In this document: positions 1-9,038 of the stretch, piece after piece | Numbering within the stretch: the first letter of the stretch is position 1 | How the letters are laid out: every line of letters starts with the position of its first letter | Assembly: GCA_048938025.1 (NCBI GenBank) | Contig: JBHLMP010000016.1 | Coordinates: 3,428 to 59,329 of the forward strand | DNA: 55,902 bases | Direction: 5' to 3' | From: Promethearchaeota archaeon | GTDB lineage: Archaea > Asgardarchaeota > Lokiarchaeia > Sigyniarchaeales > SOKP01 | Position numbers and translations under genes: made by a program | The notes under the pieces: model-generated | Databases searched by the model: none | Told to the model about the DNA's origin: nothing | Seen by the model: only the letters and a program-made list of their open reading frames with translations

Positions 1-689
1 AATTGCTAAATTTTTCTTTTCCATTTCCATATTGAATTTGCTTAATGATTTTTAATTTTCTTTAAAAATTTTTTTTAAAAATTTTTTTTAGATTTACGGA
101 TAAATATCTTTTTAAATGTGTACACTTATTATTTTTCACATCTAAATTTAAAGAAATTCATTTCAGGTTTGATATGTCGGTAAATTTTGACATTTTTTAA
201 ATCAATGTATCTTCCTGATGCAAAACTAATCTGGTTATTAAATTAAAAATTTTGAAATTTTATAAGCCATATATATAAATTATTTTTGATAAAATTACTA
301 CATAACAAGAAATTATAATGTTTTTAAATCATTTCAAAAAAGGTTAATAGGTCCATTTCCAAGTAAAATTGAAAAAAATAGAAAAGGTATTATAGCTATC
401 CACGCTTTTGTTAAAGCGAATAAAAAATTCCACGTTTTTCTTATATATGAATCTTTATTATCATTCAGTTCTTAACGTATTTCAATTATAAAAAAAGAAT
501 TGCACCAATTTTTAATAAGAAATTATAATTTATTCATTTATTTATTATGACCAATAACTAGAAGTGAATAAATTAACTCTAGATGTAAACCAGGCTATTA
601 TTGAATTTTTGAAAGATAAAAAGTAATATTGAAAGTGAAAATATTAATAATATTTTTCTAATTTAATAATTAATATCGAGTTGAACAGA

Positions 690-1754
690 ATGTCTGATGA
701 TGCTTACATAAAATTGAGAGAATTTTTGGATCAATTTCCTTTAGGATACCCAAAAACCTCATCGGGCATTGAATTAAGGATTTTAAAAAGACTTTTTTCA
801 GAGGAGGAAGCCAAAATTGCTGTGTATCTGACTCCAATCCCAGAGGAAGTTGCCAAAATTGCTAGTAAAATAGGGATGGACTTAACAAAACTAGAAAAAA
901 TCCTAGAATCGATGGCTAGAAAAGGTTTAATTTTTCGAACTCGACGAGATAACAAAACTACCTTTAATTCCGTGCCATTTATGATTGGATTATATGAATA
1001 TTCTGTAAAGAAAATAGATAAAGAGCTTGCTAAATATTATAAGGAATATTATGATACCGCCTATCAAAAAGAAATGGGTCTAAGCAATGTTCCTGGGTTT
1101 AAAGTAATTCCAATTGAAGAAACTATTGAAACAGATACAATCCTATATCCATATCAGAAGTTAAAGGAAAGTATCAAAAGTGCTAGGGTAATTGCGGTAT
1201 ATGATTGTATTTGTCGTAAAGAAGCCAGATTAAATGGAGAAGGATGTGATTATCCAATTGAGACGTGTTTAAGCTTTGGAGTAGCCGCAGAATATTATAT
1301 TGAAAATGGTTTTGGACGGGAAATATCTGCTGATGAAGCGATAAGAATCATTGAGGAAGCGGACAAAGCTGGTTTAGTACATGCAGGAGCTAATTCTAAA
1401 CATCTATCAAACATATGTAATTGTTGTCCCTGCTGTTGTGCATCAATGAAGGGGATTACAAAAAAGGGACTTGATAAACATAAATTTATGAATGCGATAT
1501 TTGAATCTATTATTGATGAAGAAATTTGTATTGGATGTGGAACTTGTATTGATCGATGCCCAGTTGGAGCTATAACTTTAGAGGATTTTGCTACGGTATC
1601 AAGAGATAAATGTTTAGGATGTGGATTATGTGCTAGTGTATGTCCTGAGGATGCTATAATTCTACATTTAAGAGAAGATCGTGAAGAACCTTTTAATAAA
1701 GTAGGTGAAATGTTAATGGCGGTATTAGAAGGGAAAAGAAAAAGTTTGGAATGA
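690..1754 (+). CDS. 4Fe-4S ferredoxin-domain protein with N-terminal HTH-like region
   Basis: Two CxxCxxCxxxCP motifs at the C-terminus ([24 protein letters not shown]), plus CICR and ICNCCPCCC motifs. ATG at 690 preferred over TTG at 681. Confidence 0.8.
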   Translation: MSDDAYIKLREFLDQFPLGYPKTSSGIELRILKRLFSEEEAKIAVYLTPIPEEVAKIASKIGMDLTKLEKILESMARKGLIFRTRRDNKTTFNSVPFMIGLYEYSVKKIDKELAKYYKEYYDTAYQKEMGLSNVPGFKVIPIEETIETDTILYPYQKLKESIKSARVIAVYDCICRKEARLNGEGCDYPIETCLSFGVAAEYYIENGFGREISADEAIRIIEEADKAGLVHAGANSKHLSNICNCCPCCCASMKGITKKGLDKHKFMNAIFESIIDEEICIGCGTCIDRCPVGAITLEDFATVSRDKCLGCGLCASVCPEDAIILHLREDREEPFNKVGEMLMAVLEGKRKSLE

Positions 1755-1778
1755 TAATTATACTGAATTGATGCTATT

Positions 1779-2606
1779 TCATAAATCCAAATGTTCTTGT
1801 ATGAAATTCCAAATTAGATTGTTGACTCTTTCAGCATCCTCAATTAAGATGCTTCCATGTCCGAATCCTTCGAGGATGACTAATTTTGAGTTAGGAATTT
1901 TTTTATCCATAAGATGAGCGTCTTCTACAGGTATAAATTTATCCTCTGTACCATGTATTATTAACGTAGGTTGGGTAATTTTTTGTAAACTGTCGCGGGT
2001 ATCATGCTTTTGTAGCGCAGCTCCCCGATTTTCTAGATTTTGCCAGGTTGCATTACTCGCGCTTTTTATCATCAAGGTATCGAAAAGCGCATTACGAAGC
2101 ACTTCCTCCTCATTTACCCTTTGAATAAACGATTCTGAAAACATTAAATCAAGTTTTCTTTTGAATCCTTCTTCTAAATCTAGATCCTGCATTATTGTCC
2201 TGTATTCCTCGTTTATGGGCTGAACAAATTCTTCTCTTAAATACGGGGTAGTAGCGAGTAAAATTAAGGTTTTAACCCTATCAGGGTATTTTAAAACAAA
2301 ATTTTGAGCAATCATTCCTCCCATGCTGATACCGCATAGATGAATCTTTTGCTGGATACCTAGAGAGTCAATTAATGCTTTAGTTTCATCCACAAACATA
2401 TCCATCTTGTAAGGATAATTTGGTCTTGAACTTCCTCCGATTCCTCTATTATCCAATGCTATAACCATCATATCTTTCCTAAAAAATGGGATTTGAAATG
2501 CCCATCCATCGAGAGTAGTTGCCCAGCCTTGAATTAATACAAGTGGCTCCCCTTTACCTTTCTTCACATAATTGATTTCGATATCATCATAATTGAAAAT
2601 TGGGAT
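1779..2606 (-). CDS. alpha/beta hydrolase fold protein
   Basis: GISMGG nucleophile elbow, DNRGIG, IIHGTED and GFGH motifs. The frame extends 13 codons above the GTG at 2567 to an ATC at 2606 (IPIFNYDDIEINY), preceded by GGTGA. Confidence 0.85.
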   Translation of the reverse strand: MPIFNYDDIEINYVKKGKGEPLVLIQGWATTLDGWAFQIPFFRKDMMVIALDNRGIGGSSRPNYPYKMDMFVDETKALIDSLGIQQKIHLCGISMGGMIAQNFVLKYPDRVKTLILLATTPYLREEFVQPINEEYRTIMQDLDLEEGFKRKLDLMFSESFIQRVNEEEVLRNALFDTLMIKSASNATWQNLENRGAALQKHDTRDSLQKITQPTLIIHGTEDKFIPVEDAHLMDKKIPNSKLVILEGFGHGSILIEDAERVNNLIWNFIQEHLDL

Positions 2607-2950
2607 TTATATCACCTTTGTTATAGAATCTTCCATCACTTAATAATAAAATAATAATTATAACTAAATATCATTAGGAAGTATAAAAATTTTGGTAAAG
2701 CTTTTACATAAGGTATTTGAGATGTCCACTTTTTTTAATTATTATTTTAGTTAAATAAAGAGAAAGTTAATCGGATTAGAGTTTTGTAGAATTTAAAATA
2801 TTAATATCAAATTATGATAAGGATCAGCCAAGATACTAATCAAAAGTAAGGAAAATAATATGTGAAAGAGGCAGAAAACTATTTATAGAAGGTTAAATTT
2901 ACCATTAAAAAATCAATTATTTCTAAACCAATTAGGAGTGTAAAAAAAAA

Positions 2951-3544
2951 ATGAAACTAAAATGGTCTTTAAGTTGTTATGCTGGTATATTAGTAATAGT
3001 TCTCTATTGTGTGTTTACATTTACAGCCCTAGCGTTATTTCCACCTCCTTTTAATGCTTTTGATAATTGGTTAAGCGATCTTGGAAATTCGAGCTACAAT
3101 CCGAATGGAGCAGTTTTTTATAATTTAGGCTGTATCTTAACTGGAATAATGTTATTCCCCTTCTTTATTGGCTTGTCTAAATGGTATAAGGATGATATGT
3201 GGCATAAAGTACTTATAATAATAACTCAGATTATTGGATGTTTCTCTGGATTTGCATTAATAATGATTGGTGTTTATTCTGAAGACTTTCCATCACCACA
3301 TGTATTTTGGTCGGAGGTATTTTTTAACGTTAATCTCATGGTTTTGATCTTAGCATCAATAGCATTATTCTTTCATCCTGATTTCATTAAATGGATTACC
3401 TTGTATGGAATTGTAGTGGCAGTAATTAATTTATTATTTGTGTTCTTTTTAGGTACTCCAATTTTAGAGTGGTTTACAGTATTTACAGCACTTGGTTATG
3501 TAGGACTAATTGTATATAATATGTATCAAAAATTTCAACAATGA
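2951..3544 (+). CDS. DUF998-like multi-pass membrane protein
   Basis: About 6 TM segments, NWLSDLG motif, His in TM4. Confidence 0.7.
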   Translation: MKLKWSLSCYAGILVIVLYCVFTFTALALFPPPFNAFDNWLSDLGNSSYNPNGAVFYNLGCILTGIMLFPFFIGLSKWYKDDMWHKVLIIITQIIGCFSGFALIMIGVYSEDFPSPHVFWSEVFFNVNLMVLILASIALFFHPDFIKWITLYGIVVAVINLLFVFFLGTPILEWFTVFTALGYVGLIVYNMYQKFQQ

Positions 3545-3615
3545 GTAGAAGCAAATTTTTCGATATCCTATTTCTTTAAACAATAACAAATTTTTTCATG
3601 AGTTTAAATCTACGC

Positions 3616-3984
3616 TTATGTGATACCCAATTTCTTTCTATTTTCTTCAGTATCTTCATAAATATGCCATTCAGTGACAAGATCGTCCTCAATTATAGCC
3701 GTCCAGATTGCATGATCCTCTTCTGAAGAGTTTTTAGACCATCTGGCATAGCCAATTAGTATTACTAAATTATCTCTTGATTCAACTCTAGTAAAATAAT
3801 TTTTATAAGTTGGGAAATTATTGAAAAATTCCTTCCACCCATTCACCATATCTCCATAGCAACCTCCTTTACGATCAATAAAAATGTGATCTTCAGTCAT
3901 TAGATTAGAAAGTCCGTTAATATCTTGATTATTTATGTATTCATTAAATTGTAGAGCAATCAATTTTGGATCCTTTAAATTCAT
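3616..3984 (-). CDS. SnoaL/NTF2-like protein
   Basis: FNEYINNQDINGLSNLMTEDHIF N-terminal helix pair and C-terminal W..YED pattern of NTF2-like folds. Confidence 0.75.
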   Translation of the reverse strand: MNLKDPKLIALQFNEYINNQDINGLSNLMTEDHIFIDRKGGCYGDMVNGWKEFFNNFPTYKNYFTRVESRDNLVILIGYARWSKNSSEEDHAIWTAIIEDDLVTEWHIYEDTEENRKKLGIT

Positions 3985-4315
3985 AATAAAACACTCGTAA
4001 GTTATTAAACTCTATTGAATTAAAATATTTTGTTTGTTCTATTTAACTCGTTTTTAATTATTAAAGTCTTAAAATATTCGAAAAGTTTATTTTAATAAAT
4101 GCCTACTAATATGAATACTTATTATTTTAAAGAAAACAAACCCTATGGGTTTTTGTCGGATTGCAACATTAATTACTAAAAATTAACACACTCTATTATC
4201 TTTATAGAAATATTTGGTTTTTTGGTTTATGCTTAAAGTTCAGGAAAAATTTAAATATACATTAAAGTTTTAGAAAGAATTGCCTTTGAAAAATGCCTTC
4301 TAATGGAATTGTTAT

Positions 4316-5074
4316 ATGACATCTAATAGTGAATATCAAGGATATAATAATGTCATTGAAAAAAGATTAGCTGAAATTGCATATCGCACAAACAATTTCA
4401 ATAATATACCACCAATTATTGGAATTATTGTCTCAGATCAATATGGAAATACGATAATGGTTCTTGATTATGATTCTAAAGATAAATCTCATTATGGTCC
4501 AATTAAGTCTTATCTCATAGAAAATGATGAGAAACTTTTGGAAATTGATTTGATTTCAATGTACTTTAGTTCATTTAGAACATTTGCAGAGCAAACAAAT
4601 ATAAAAAACTTATCTCATCTTGAAATTCATGGATCCAATATAAAGGTCCAGATATATTTTGTACATGAAAAATACATGATTATAATCTTTCTTAATACTA
4701 ATACTGGTTTAAATTCAAAAGAGAAAACTGAGATTATCCAATATTTTGAGGACTTATTAGCTAAGTATGAATATGAATTCACTAATTTTAATACTACAGA
4801 TTCTAGAAGAACTATTACGATATTGGAAAATAAGGGAAAAAACTGGCTCAAAATGTTTAATAGATTTTATCTTAAAACTTATAAAGAAATTTATCTAAAG
4901 AAACATGAAATCGTTGAGGTATTAATGAAAAAAATAGGTCCTTTAATTCAAAACGAGTTACATGAATATTTGGAACATGTGCCAGAAGATATTTTGAGTA
5001 ATATAGCTAAAGAAATAAAGAATAAAATTCAAGATAAACTATTTGAATTTAATTTAAACTTATCTGAGGAGTAA
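4316..5074 (+). CDS. longin/roadblock-like domain protein
   Basis: IIGIIVSDQYG beta hairpin, DLISMYFSSF helix, three strands, then a helix: the topology of Asgard longin/roadblock-like domains. Confidence 0.55.
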   Translation: MTSNSEYQGYNNVIEKRLAEIAYRTNNFNNIPPIIGIIVSDQYGNTIMVLDYDSKDKSHYGPIKSYLIENDEKLLEIDLISMYFSSFRTFAEQTNIKNLSHLEIHGSNIKVQIYFVHEKYMIIIFLNTNTGLNSKEKTEIIQYFEDLLAKYEYEFTNFNTTDSRRTITILENKGKNWLKMFNRFYLKTYKEIYLKKHEIVEVLMKKIGPLIQNELHEYLEHVPEDILSNIAKEIKNKIQDKLFEFNLNLSEE

Positions 5075-5075
5075 A

Positions 5076-5528
5076 CTAGTATTTTCTAATATCTATTAAT
5101 CTAACTCCCTCTTTAGCTCGTTTTTCTTCTTCCTCTAAGTGTTTTTCAAAACCAATCTCTTTTACACGATAATAATGACCGATAACAAAGGGGTATCTAT
5201 CTCTTTGATATTCTGTTCTTGGACAATTTAAGAATTCTTCACATAATAGACAGCTTTTCAATTTTTTATGAATTATTTTTTCACACTTTCTTACTTCACA
5301 CCAAGGATTAGAAATTTTGAGGCAGGTTGGGCATTCTTGTTTACTAAACCATTCTAAACCTTTTAAGAAGTTAGAATAATCAAATTCTTCGACTAGATTA
5401 TCAACCCAATCATAATCACCAATGATAAGTCTTTTTAAATCTTTAGCTAACGTATTAACTTTTTCCTTAGTGTGGCACTGACCACAATAGACGCCACAAA
5501 TGCCATAAAGTTTATTATCATCATTCAT
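5076..5528 (-). CDS. DUF3795-family Cys-rich protein
   Basis: CGVYCGQC, CPTC, CEVRKC and CLLCEEF..C motifs. Confidence 0.75.
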   Translation of the reverse strand: MNDDNKLYGICGVYCGQCHTKEKVNTLAKDLKRLIIGDYDWVDNLVEEFDYSNFLKGLEWFSKQECPTCLKISNPWCEVRKCEKIIHKKLKSCLLCEEFLNCPRTEYQRDRYPFVIGHYYRVKEIGFEKHLEEEEKRAKEGVRLIDIRKY

Positions 5529-5686
5529 TATAACAATCCTCTTTCTATAATTCTTAAATTTATGTTAATAATGTTGAATACCGTTTACACAAATATTATT
5601 TTCTATTTAAATTATATTTCTTCTTAGTTTTTTTTTGGGATACAAGAAAGTAAGGTTTAAAGTGTAAGTTAACCCATTTATATAAT

Positions 5687-5980
5687 ATGCCAATATATAT
5701 ACTAGCAACTAAACTTCAAAATCCTGATCTTGTGGAAAAAAGGAAAGAGCAGGGTGAAAAGTTTTTAAAGTTAGTTAGAGAGAAAGTTTCAGGTATTAAA
5801 TGGATTGCACATTATGCCATACTAGGTCCTTATGATTTTCTTGATATTTTCGAGGCAAAAAATGAACAAGAAGCTGCTAAAGTTTCATTACTATCTCGTT
5901 CTTTTGGAGCTAACTTTGCGGAGAGTTGGACAGCTATTCCATATGCTGAATTTCTTGAATTAATTGGGGACCTTAAATAA
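5687..5980 (+). CDS. GYD domain protein
   Basis: 97 aa with LGPYDFLDIFEA motif. Confidence 0.8.
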   Translation: MPIYILATKLQNPDLVEKRKEQGEKFLKLVREKVSGIKWIAHYAILGPYDFLDIFEAKNEQEAAKVSLLSRSFGANFAESWTAIPYAEFLELIGDLK

Positions 5981-6062
5981 ATCAACTAATTTAAAATAGT
6001 ACTGATCAAATAAGAAATAGAAAGAGAAGATTAAGTCAAAATCATACATAAAGTTATCATAT

Positions 6063-6251
6063 TCAAAGTTTGCTTATTTTTTCAGATGCTTCTATATTAT
6101 CATTAATTTCTTGGACGAGCTTTTTAAACATTTCTTTGTAATATTCTTTAGGACTCAAATTTTGCATTTTTTCATTTATTTCCAACCATCTTCTTCTTCT
6201 AATTATATTAATTTGACATGACCTCCTTTCGTAAGAAAAATGTATGTACAT
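6063..6251 (-). CDS. small hypothetical protein (start uncertain, possibly ATT at 6212)
   Basis: Short helical ORF. A strong SD (GGAGGTCA) lies inside it, 6 nt before an in-frame ATT. Confidence 0.35.
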   Translation of the reverse strand: MYIHFSYERRSCQINIIRRRRWLEINEKMQNLSPKEYYKEMFKKLVQEINDNIEASEKISKL

Positions 6252-6356
6252 TTTTTTATAATTATCCTTGTTTGATTATATTCATTGTTATTATATAAAG
6301 GAAATGGTAAATTTCAATAAGAATCTATTCTATAAGATAATATAATAATTAAAAAA

Positions 6357-6782
6357 TCAAAATCCTTCAGGTAAAGACATTATCTCCTTATCCTTGATTT
6401 TTAACTTAATTGGTCTTTTCAAATACCCTTTACCTAAAAGTGAGATTATCTTTTTGCACACTCTTCTACATTCTAAGTATACAAATCCTAGATTAATATC
6501 AAGAGATGTAGAAACAGCAAAAACAGTATTTATATCTATCGAAAACACTAATAAGTTGCCTTGCGTTCCTTTAATATAAATATAGTCGAACTCTCCTTTA
6601 TTTATTTTAGAGTATGATATCTTAGCTACAGACCATAGGGCAGCCATCATTGCTGAAATTTTTTCTTCATCTTTATCATTAGGTAGAGCGGTTGATATTG
6701 GTCCACCCTCTATTGAAGCAAGAATCGCACCATTGATTTCTTTAGGTAATTCGATCACTGTCAATGACTTTATCGACCTCAA
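6357..6782 (-). CDS. roadblock/LC7 domain protein
   Basis: INGAILASIEGGPIS, ISAMMAAL, YIYIKGTQG and NLGFVYLE roadblock signature. Confidence 0.85.
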   Translation of the reverse strand: MRSIKSLTVIELPKEINGAILASIEGGPISTALPNDKDEEKISAMMAALWSVAKISYSKINKGEFDYIYIKGTQGNLLVFSIDINTVFAVSTSLDINLGFVYLECRRVCKKIISLLGKGYLKRPIKLKIKDKEIMSLPEGF

Positions 6783-6880
6783 TTTTACTTTATGCTAATT
6801 AAATATATATAGATTTTCTAAATCTCATTTTTTTATTCGTTGAAATTTTGTTTCTCCAAAGATTAATACTTTCAAAATTT

Positions 6881-6945
6881 TTTTCACTTTAGTGCGTCAG
6901 TTCAAACTTAGTTTAAACTTCATCTGAACTTCTATCTAATGAACT
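6881..6945. promoter_or_regulatory. candidate operator upstream of MFS gene
   Basis: TTTTCACTT (6881), TTCAAACTT (6901) and AACTTCATCTGAACT (6916-6930), the last 13/15 identical to AACTTCATTTGAAGT at 12096-12110. Confidence 0.35.
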
Positions 6946-6981
6946 ATTTATGGTATTATGAGTATCACTAAATAAAATAAA

Positions 6982-8301
6982 TTGGAGAAAAAGCAGATGG
7001 ATGACATAACCAATAAAAAAACGTTTAGGCATTATTTATATTTTTTATTTGGTCAGCAATTTTCATTATTAGGCTCGATGATAGTTGGCTTTGTCATAAC
7101 ATGGTGGCTTACAATAGAAACAGGAAGTGTGATAATTCTTTCAACATCTGTGTTTTTGATGGTTATACCACAAATAATAATTACTCCCATTTCTGGAGTA
7201 ATTTCAGATCGTTGGAGTCGAAAAGCTATAATAGCAATTTCAGATTCTCTTCAAGCTGTTGTAACGTTTATTTTGTTTTGTTTTTTTCTTTTAGATATCC
7301 CAAATGTTTGGTTTGTTTTAGGCATAAATACACTTCGCGCCGCACTTTTTGCATTTCAATTACCTGCCGTATCTGCTCTTATTCCTGCCATGGTTCCAAA
7401 AGAAAAATTAAGCAGGATTAATGGCGTTAATTTCTTGTTTTCAAGTTTAGTTTTTAGTATAGGTCCAATGGTAGCTGCAGTTCTATACGAATTTTTCCTA
7501 ATAGAAGAAATAATGCTACTTGATATATCTACCTTCATAATTGCCCTAATACCACTTTTATTGATAAAAATTCCATCAATAAAAAGTATTAGAGAAGAGC
7601 ATACAAAAAGTTCATTTACAAAAGATTTCAAAGAAGGTTTATCGATAATTAAAGCTATTCCTGGATTATTTGCGATGATTGCATTTGCGATGATTTTTAA
7701 TTTCATAAATAGGCCTTTCAATGTTTTATTGCCCTACTTTGTAAAATTTATACACGATGGAACTGCTTTTAATCTTGCGATTTTAATATTTTCATTTCAA
7801 ATTGCATCCATGATTGGTGCTTTAATTACTTCAATTAAAAAAGAGTGGAAACACAAAATTAAAATCAATATAATCGGGGCAACATTGTATTTTGCGGGGT
7901 ATTTCGCATTTATTTTTGCGCCAAAGGGGAATTTCTTATTTATGATTATTGGTAATTTTTTTGGTGCTATAGTTCTTCCCATAACAGTAGCACTTTATTT
8001 AGAAATTTTACAAACAAAGGTCTCCAAAGATAAAATTGGAAGAATTATGTCAATAGATCATATGATATCAATGGCGATTGCTCCAATTGGAGCACTAATT
8101 GCGGGACCATTAGCAGAACTTCTTGGAGTTGTATATTTATTCTATATTTGCGCTTTAATAGGAGTAATTTTCCCATCATTGACATGGCTTCTTTCAAAAA
8201 TTCGATATCTTGAGTATGAGAAAGATAGAGAAGAAGTAAAAGAAGTTGAGGAATTAATAAAACTATCTGAAATTCCAGAGATAGTAGAAACAATAGAATA
8301 A
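6982..8301 (+). CDS. MFS transporter (Mef/MFS_3-like efflux family)
   Basis: About 12 TMs, GVISDRWSRK motif A, GQQFSLLGS N-terminus. Confidence 0.85.
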   Translation: MEKKQMDDITNKKTFRHYLYFLFGQQFSLLGSMIVGFVITWWLTIETGSVIILSTSVFLMVIPQIIITPISGVISDRWSRKAIIAISDSLQAVVTFILFCFFLLDIPNVWFVLGINTLRAALFAFQLPAVSALIPAMVPKEKLSRINGVNFLFSSLVFSIGPMVAAVLYEFFLIEEIMLLDISTFIIALIPLLLIKIPSIKSIREEHTKSSFTKDFKEGLSIIKAIPGLFAMIAFAMIFNFINRPFNVLLPYFVKFIHDGTAFNLAILIFSFQIASMIGALITSIKKEWKHKIKINIIGATLYFAGYFAFIFAPKGNFLFMIIGNFFGAIVLPITVALYLEILQTKVSKDKIGRIMSIDHMISMAIAPIGALIAGPLAELLGVVYLFYICALIGVIFPSLTWLLSKIRYLEYEKDREEVKEVEELIKLSEIPEIVETIE

Positions 8302-8348
8302 TTTTTCTTTTATTTTTTTATCTTTAGTTATTTGTAAAATTCATTCAT

Positions 8349-9020
8349 TTAGAACATATAAATAACTTTAAATGGAATATCTTTAAGTATTTCTTCAAGT
8401 AATTTTTTAAATTTATCTGAAACGGGTTTAAAACCATCAAGAGTATAATTACTAATAGAATAATAATCTGGCATAACTTCTAATAAGAATTCCCTTAAAT
8501 CTTCTATATTTTTTATATTATCATTAATACCGCTCAAAAACATAGTGTAGATCCCTAATTTTCCTTTGAATTTGTGACTAAATTCTTTAATTCCCTCTAA
8601 GACCTCTTTAGATTTTGTAGATTCAGGACATTTATTAATTTTTGAAAAATTCAAAGGATCAATACTATTCAGATTAATTGCTACTAAATCACATCCGTAG
8701 AAATTTTCTCTGACAATTATATCTTGAAAGATCGCACAATTTAAATAAACACCAATTTTTTGATATGGATAAGACTCCTTAATCATTTCGATAATTTGTT
8801 TAGACTTCGAATATTTTGTAGAATCCCCTATCCCTTTAAACCATATTAAATCAGGAATTCCTTGATTTTTAACACTATCCTTAATTTCATTAATTATCTC
8901 TTCATTAATATTATACAAGTTAGATTCTTCACAACATGAGCTGAAATCAACTGCTATTAATGTTCCAAAATTAAAATTAAATTCAAGTGTTTTTATAAAT
9001 CTGTAATCCATCAAGACCAC
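8349..9020 (-). CDS. degenerate radical SAM (COG0731-like) protein lacking CxxxCxxC
   Basis: PDLIWFKGIGDST (cf. PDYITFSGxGEPT), FSKIN, LEGIKEF..KFKGKL and FLSGIND, but no cluster-binding triad. Confidence 0.6.
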   Translation of the reverse strand: MVLMDYRFIKTLEFNFNFGTLIAVDFSSCCEESNLYNINEEIINEIKDSVKNQGIPDLIWFKGIGDSTKYSKSKQIIEMIKESYPYQKIGVYLNCAIFQDIIVRENFYGCDLVAINLNSIDPLNFSKINKCPESTKSKEVLEGIKEFSHKFKGKLGIYTMFLSGINDNIKNIEDLREFLLEVMPDYYSISNYTLDGFKPVSDKFKKLLEEILKDIPFKVIYMF

Positions 9021-9038
9021 ATTTTATAATTCACTTTT

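Noticed and set aside
4135-4156. Small hairpin AAACCC-TAT-GGGTTT between divergent genes
   Set aside because: Short single occurrence; cannot be distinguished from chance.
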